Source: Moniliella sp. 'wahieum'
Lineage: Eukaryota
NCBI GenBank assembly: GCA_003971905.1
Contig: RSEE01000031.1
Location: 1-64,000 of the forward strand
DNA length: 64,000 nt
Direction of reading: 5' to 3'
In this document: one piece after another, positions 62,722 through 64,000 of the stretch
Layout: every line of letters begins with the position of its first letter
Numbering within the stretch: the stretch's first letter is position 1
The notes under the pieces: model-generated
Told to the model about the DNA's origin: nothing
Databases searched by the model: none
What the model saw: only the letters and a program-made list of their open reading frames with translations
Made by a program: the position numbers and the translations under genes

Positions 62722-63451
62722 ATGAAGCTCAACTTGCCAACCCGCTACCGGGGCTCAGAAGAGCGTTGAGATCGACGATGACCGCAAGACGCGTATCTTC
62801 TGGGAGAAGCGCATGGGTCAGGACGTTGAGATCGACGCGCTCGGGGACGAGTTCAAGGGCTACGTTGTCCGCATTGGCGGCGGCAACGACAAGCAGGGGT
62901 TCCCCATGAAGCAGGGTGTGCTGGTTCCCCACCGTGTGCGTCTTCTGCTCAGCGAGGGCCACTCGTGCTACCGCCAGCGGCGCACCGGTGAGCGCCGGCG
63001 CAAGTCGGTCCGTGGCTGCATTGTCGCTGCCGACATTGCTGCGCTGCACCTGGTGATTGTCAAGCAGGGTGAGCAGGAGATTCCTGGCCTGACTGACGAG
63101 GCCAGCATTGTTCCCAAGCGTCTTGGTCCCAAGCGTGCCAACCACATTCGCAAGTTCTTCAAACTTGACGAAGGAGGACGATGTGCGGCAGTACGTTATC
63201 CGTCGCGAGGTGGTGCCCAAGGCGGAGGGCAAGAAGCCCTACACCAGGCTCCCAAGATCCAGCGCCTCATCACCCCTGTGCGCCTGCAGCACAAGCGCCA
63301 CCTCTTCTCGCTTAAGGTGCGCAAGCAGCGTGAGCAGGCTGCCCAGAAGGCCGACTACGAGAAGCTGCTCGCTTCGCGCCAGGCAGACAAGGCGGCTGCG
63401 CACCACGCTCACCGTGTGGCCGTGGCGGCTGCCAAGGCCCAGACGGCCTAA
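62722..63451 (+). CDS. RPS6: 40S ribosomal protein S6 (eS6), intronless, several indels
   Basis: MKLN...[39 protein letters not shown]...[15 protein letters not shown]...PKRLGPKRA...[10 protein letters not shown]. Confidence 0.98.
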
Positions 63452-63630
63452 GTCGGAGGTTGTTTCGCCACCTTGTTGGCACGCTGCTCGCAGCCTGGAG
63501 GATGAGCGCACAAGTTCGATTCGTCCAAATGGGGTGGCAGCTGGGTTTGTTGCGGTGCTGTACGTGGGCGATGCCCTATCAAAATCAGGCACTTGTATGC
63601 TATGCAATTCCTCTTCGTAGGGCTACCAGA

Positions 63631-64000
63631 TTACAGGATGAAAGTGGGAGGTGAGAAGTGAGAAAAAGTGAGGTAGTCTGGATTTGAGTGAGATGCAAAA
63701 AAAGGGTAGTGCGTCACCGAACTACTCGTCCTCAGAGTCGAAGTGAGCATCATCTCTTCTGGGTCAATTTCATCAGGGTCAAACCCATCGTCTTCCTCTT
63801 GCCACCCGTCCTCCTGTTGGACATAGCCCTCGTCATCGACATCCAGAGTGTAGCCACCATTTTCGATCACTTCTTCAGCGCGTTCCAACTGCTCCTCCAT
63901 GCTTCTTCATCCCAGTCCTCGTCTTCCACCACGATTTGCACCATCCCACTGGCAAACAACCACCACACCAACCCCAACACCGTACCGCCTAGCCAAATTT
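63631..64000 (-). CDS. 3' end of a gene running off the window: TM helix plus acidic tail, possibly metaxin/Sam37-like
   Basis: 'IWLGGTVLGLVWWLFASGMVQIVVEDEDWDEE' followed by an E/D-rich tail. Confidence 0.4.

Noticed and set aside
62722..63260. Frameshifts in RPS6, RPS13, SEC2, gluconokinase and others as programmed frameshifting or pseudogenisation
   Set aside because: They affect essential genes throughout the window while the protein sequences stay conserved, which fits uncorrected long-read indel errors.

Overview
GC-rich, microsatellite-dense fungal DNA, most likely a basidiomycete; the intron-poor ribosomal protein genes and the Sec2 sequence suggest Ustilaginomycotina, which is an inference. 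Single-base indels break even RPS6 and RPS13, so the assembly looks like unpolished long reads, and gene ends and frames are approximate. Host genes in order: a small mitochondrial membrane protein, SEC2, a large low-complexity protein with an uncharacterised conserved domain, a START-like protein, a dienelactone hydrolase, a Zn2Cys6 factor with an unusually long internal loop, gluconokinase, an Rpn4-like C2H2 factor, tRNA-Val(CAC) with intron, a DUF3602/Par32-like protein, divergent RPS13 and RPS6, and a partial metaxin-like gene. Two lower-GC islands (~30.4-43.5 kb and ~54.4-59.4 kb) are mobile-element nests. They contain a 6.8 kb CMC/EnSpm(Plavaka)-like DNA transposon (CACAG TIRs, TA target duplication, subterminal arrays, two unknown passenger genes), LTR relics, and at least four copies of a CRE/Cnl1-like restriction-like-endonuclease (RLE) non-LTR retrotransposon. 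The most novel signal is that this retrotransposon family carries a second, convergent antisense gene downstream of the endonuclease; between copies it differs partly by synonymous codon changes in the antisense frame.
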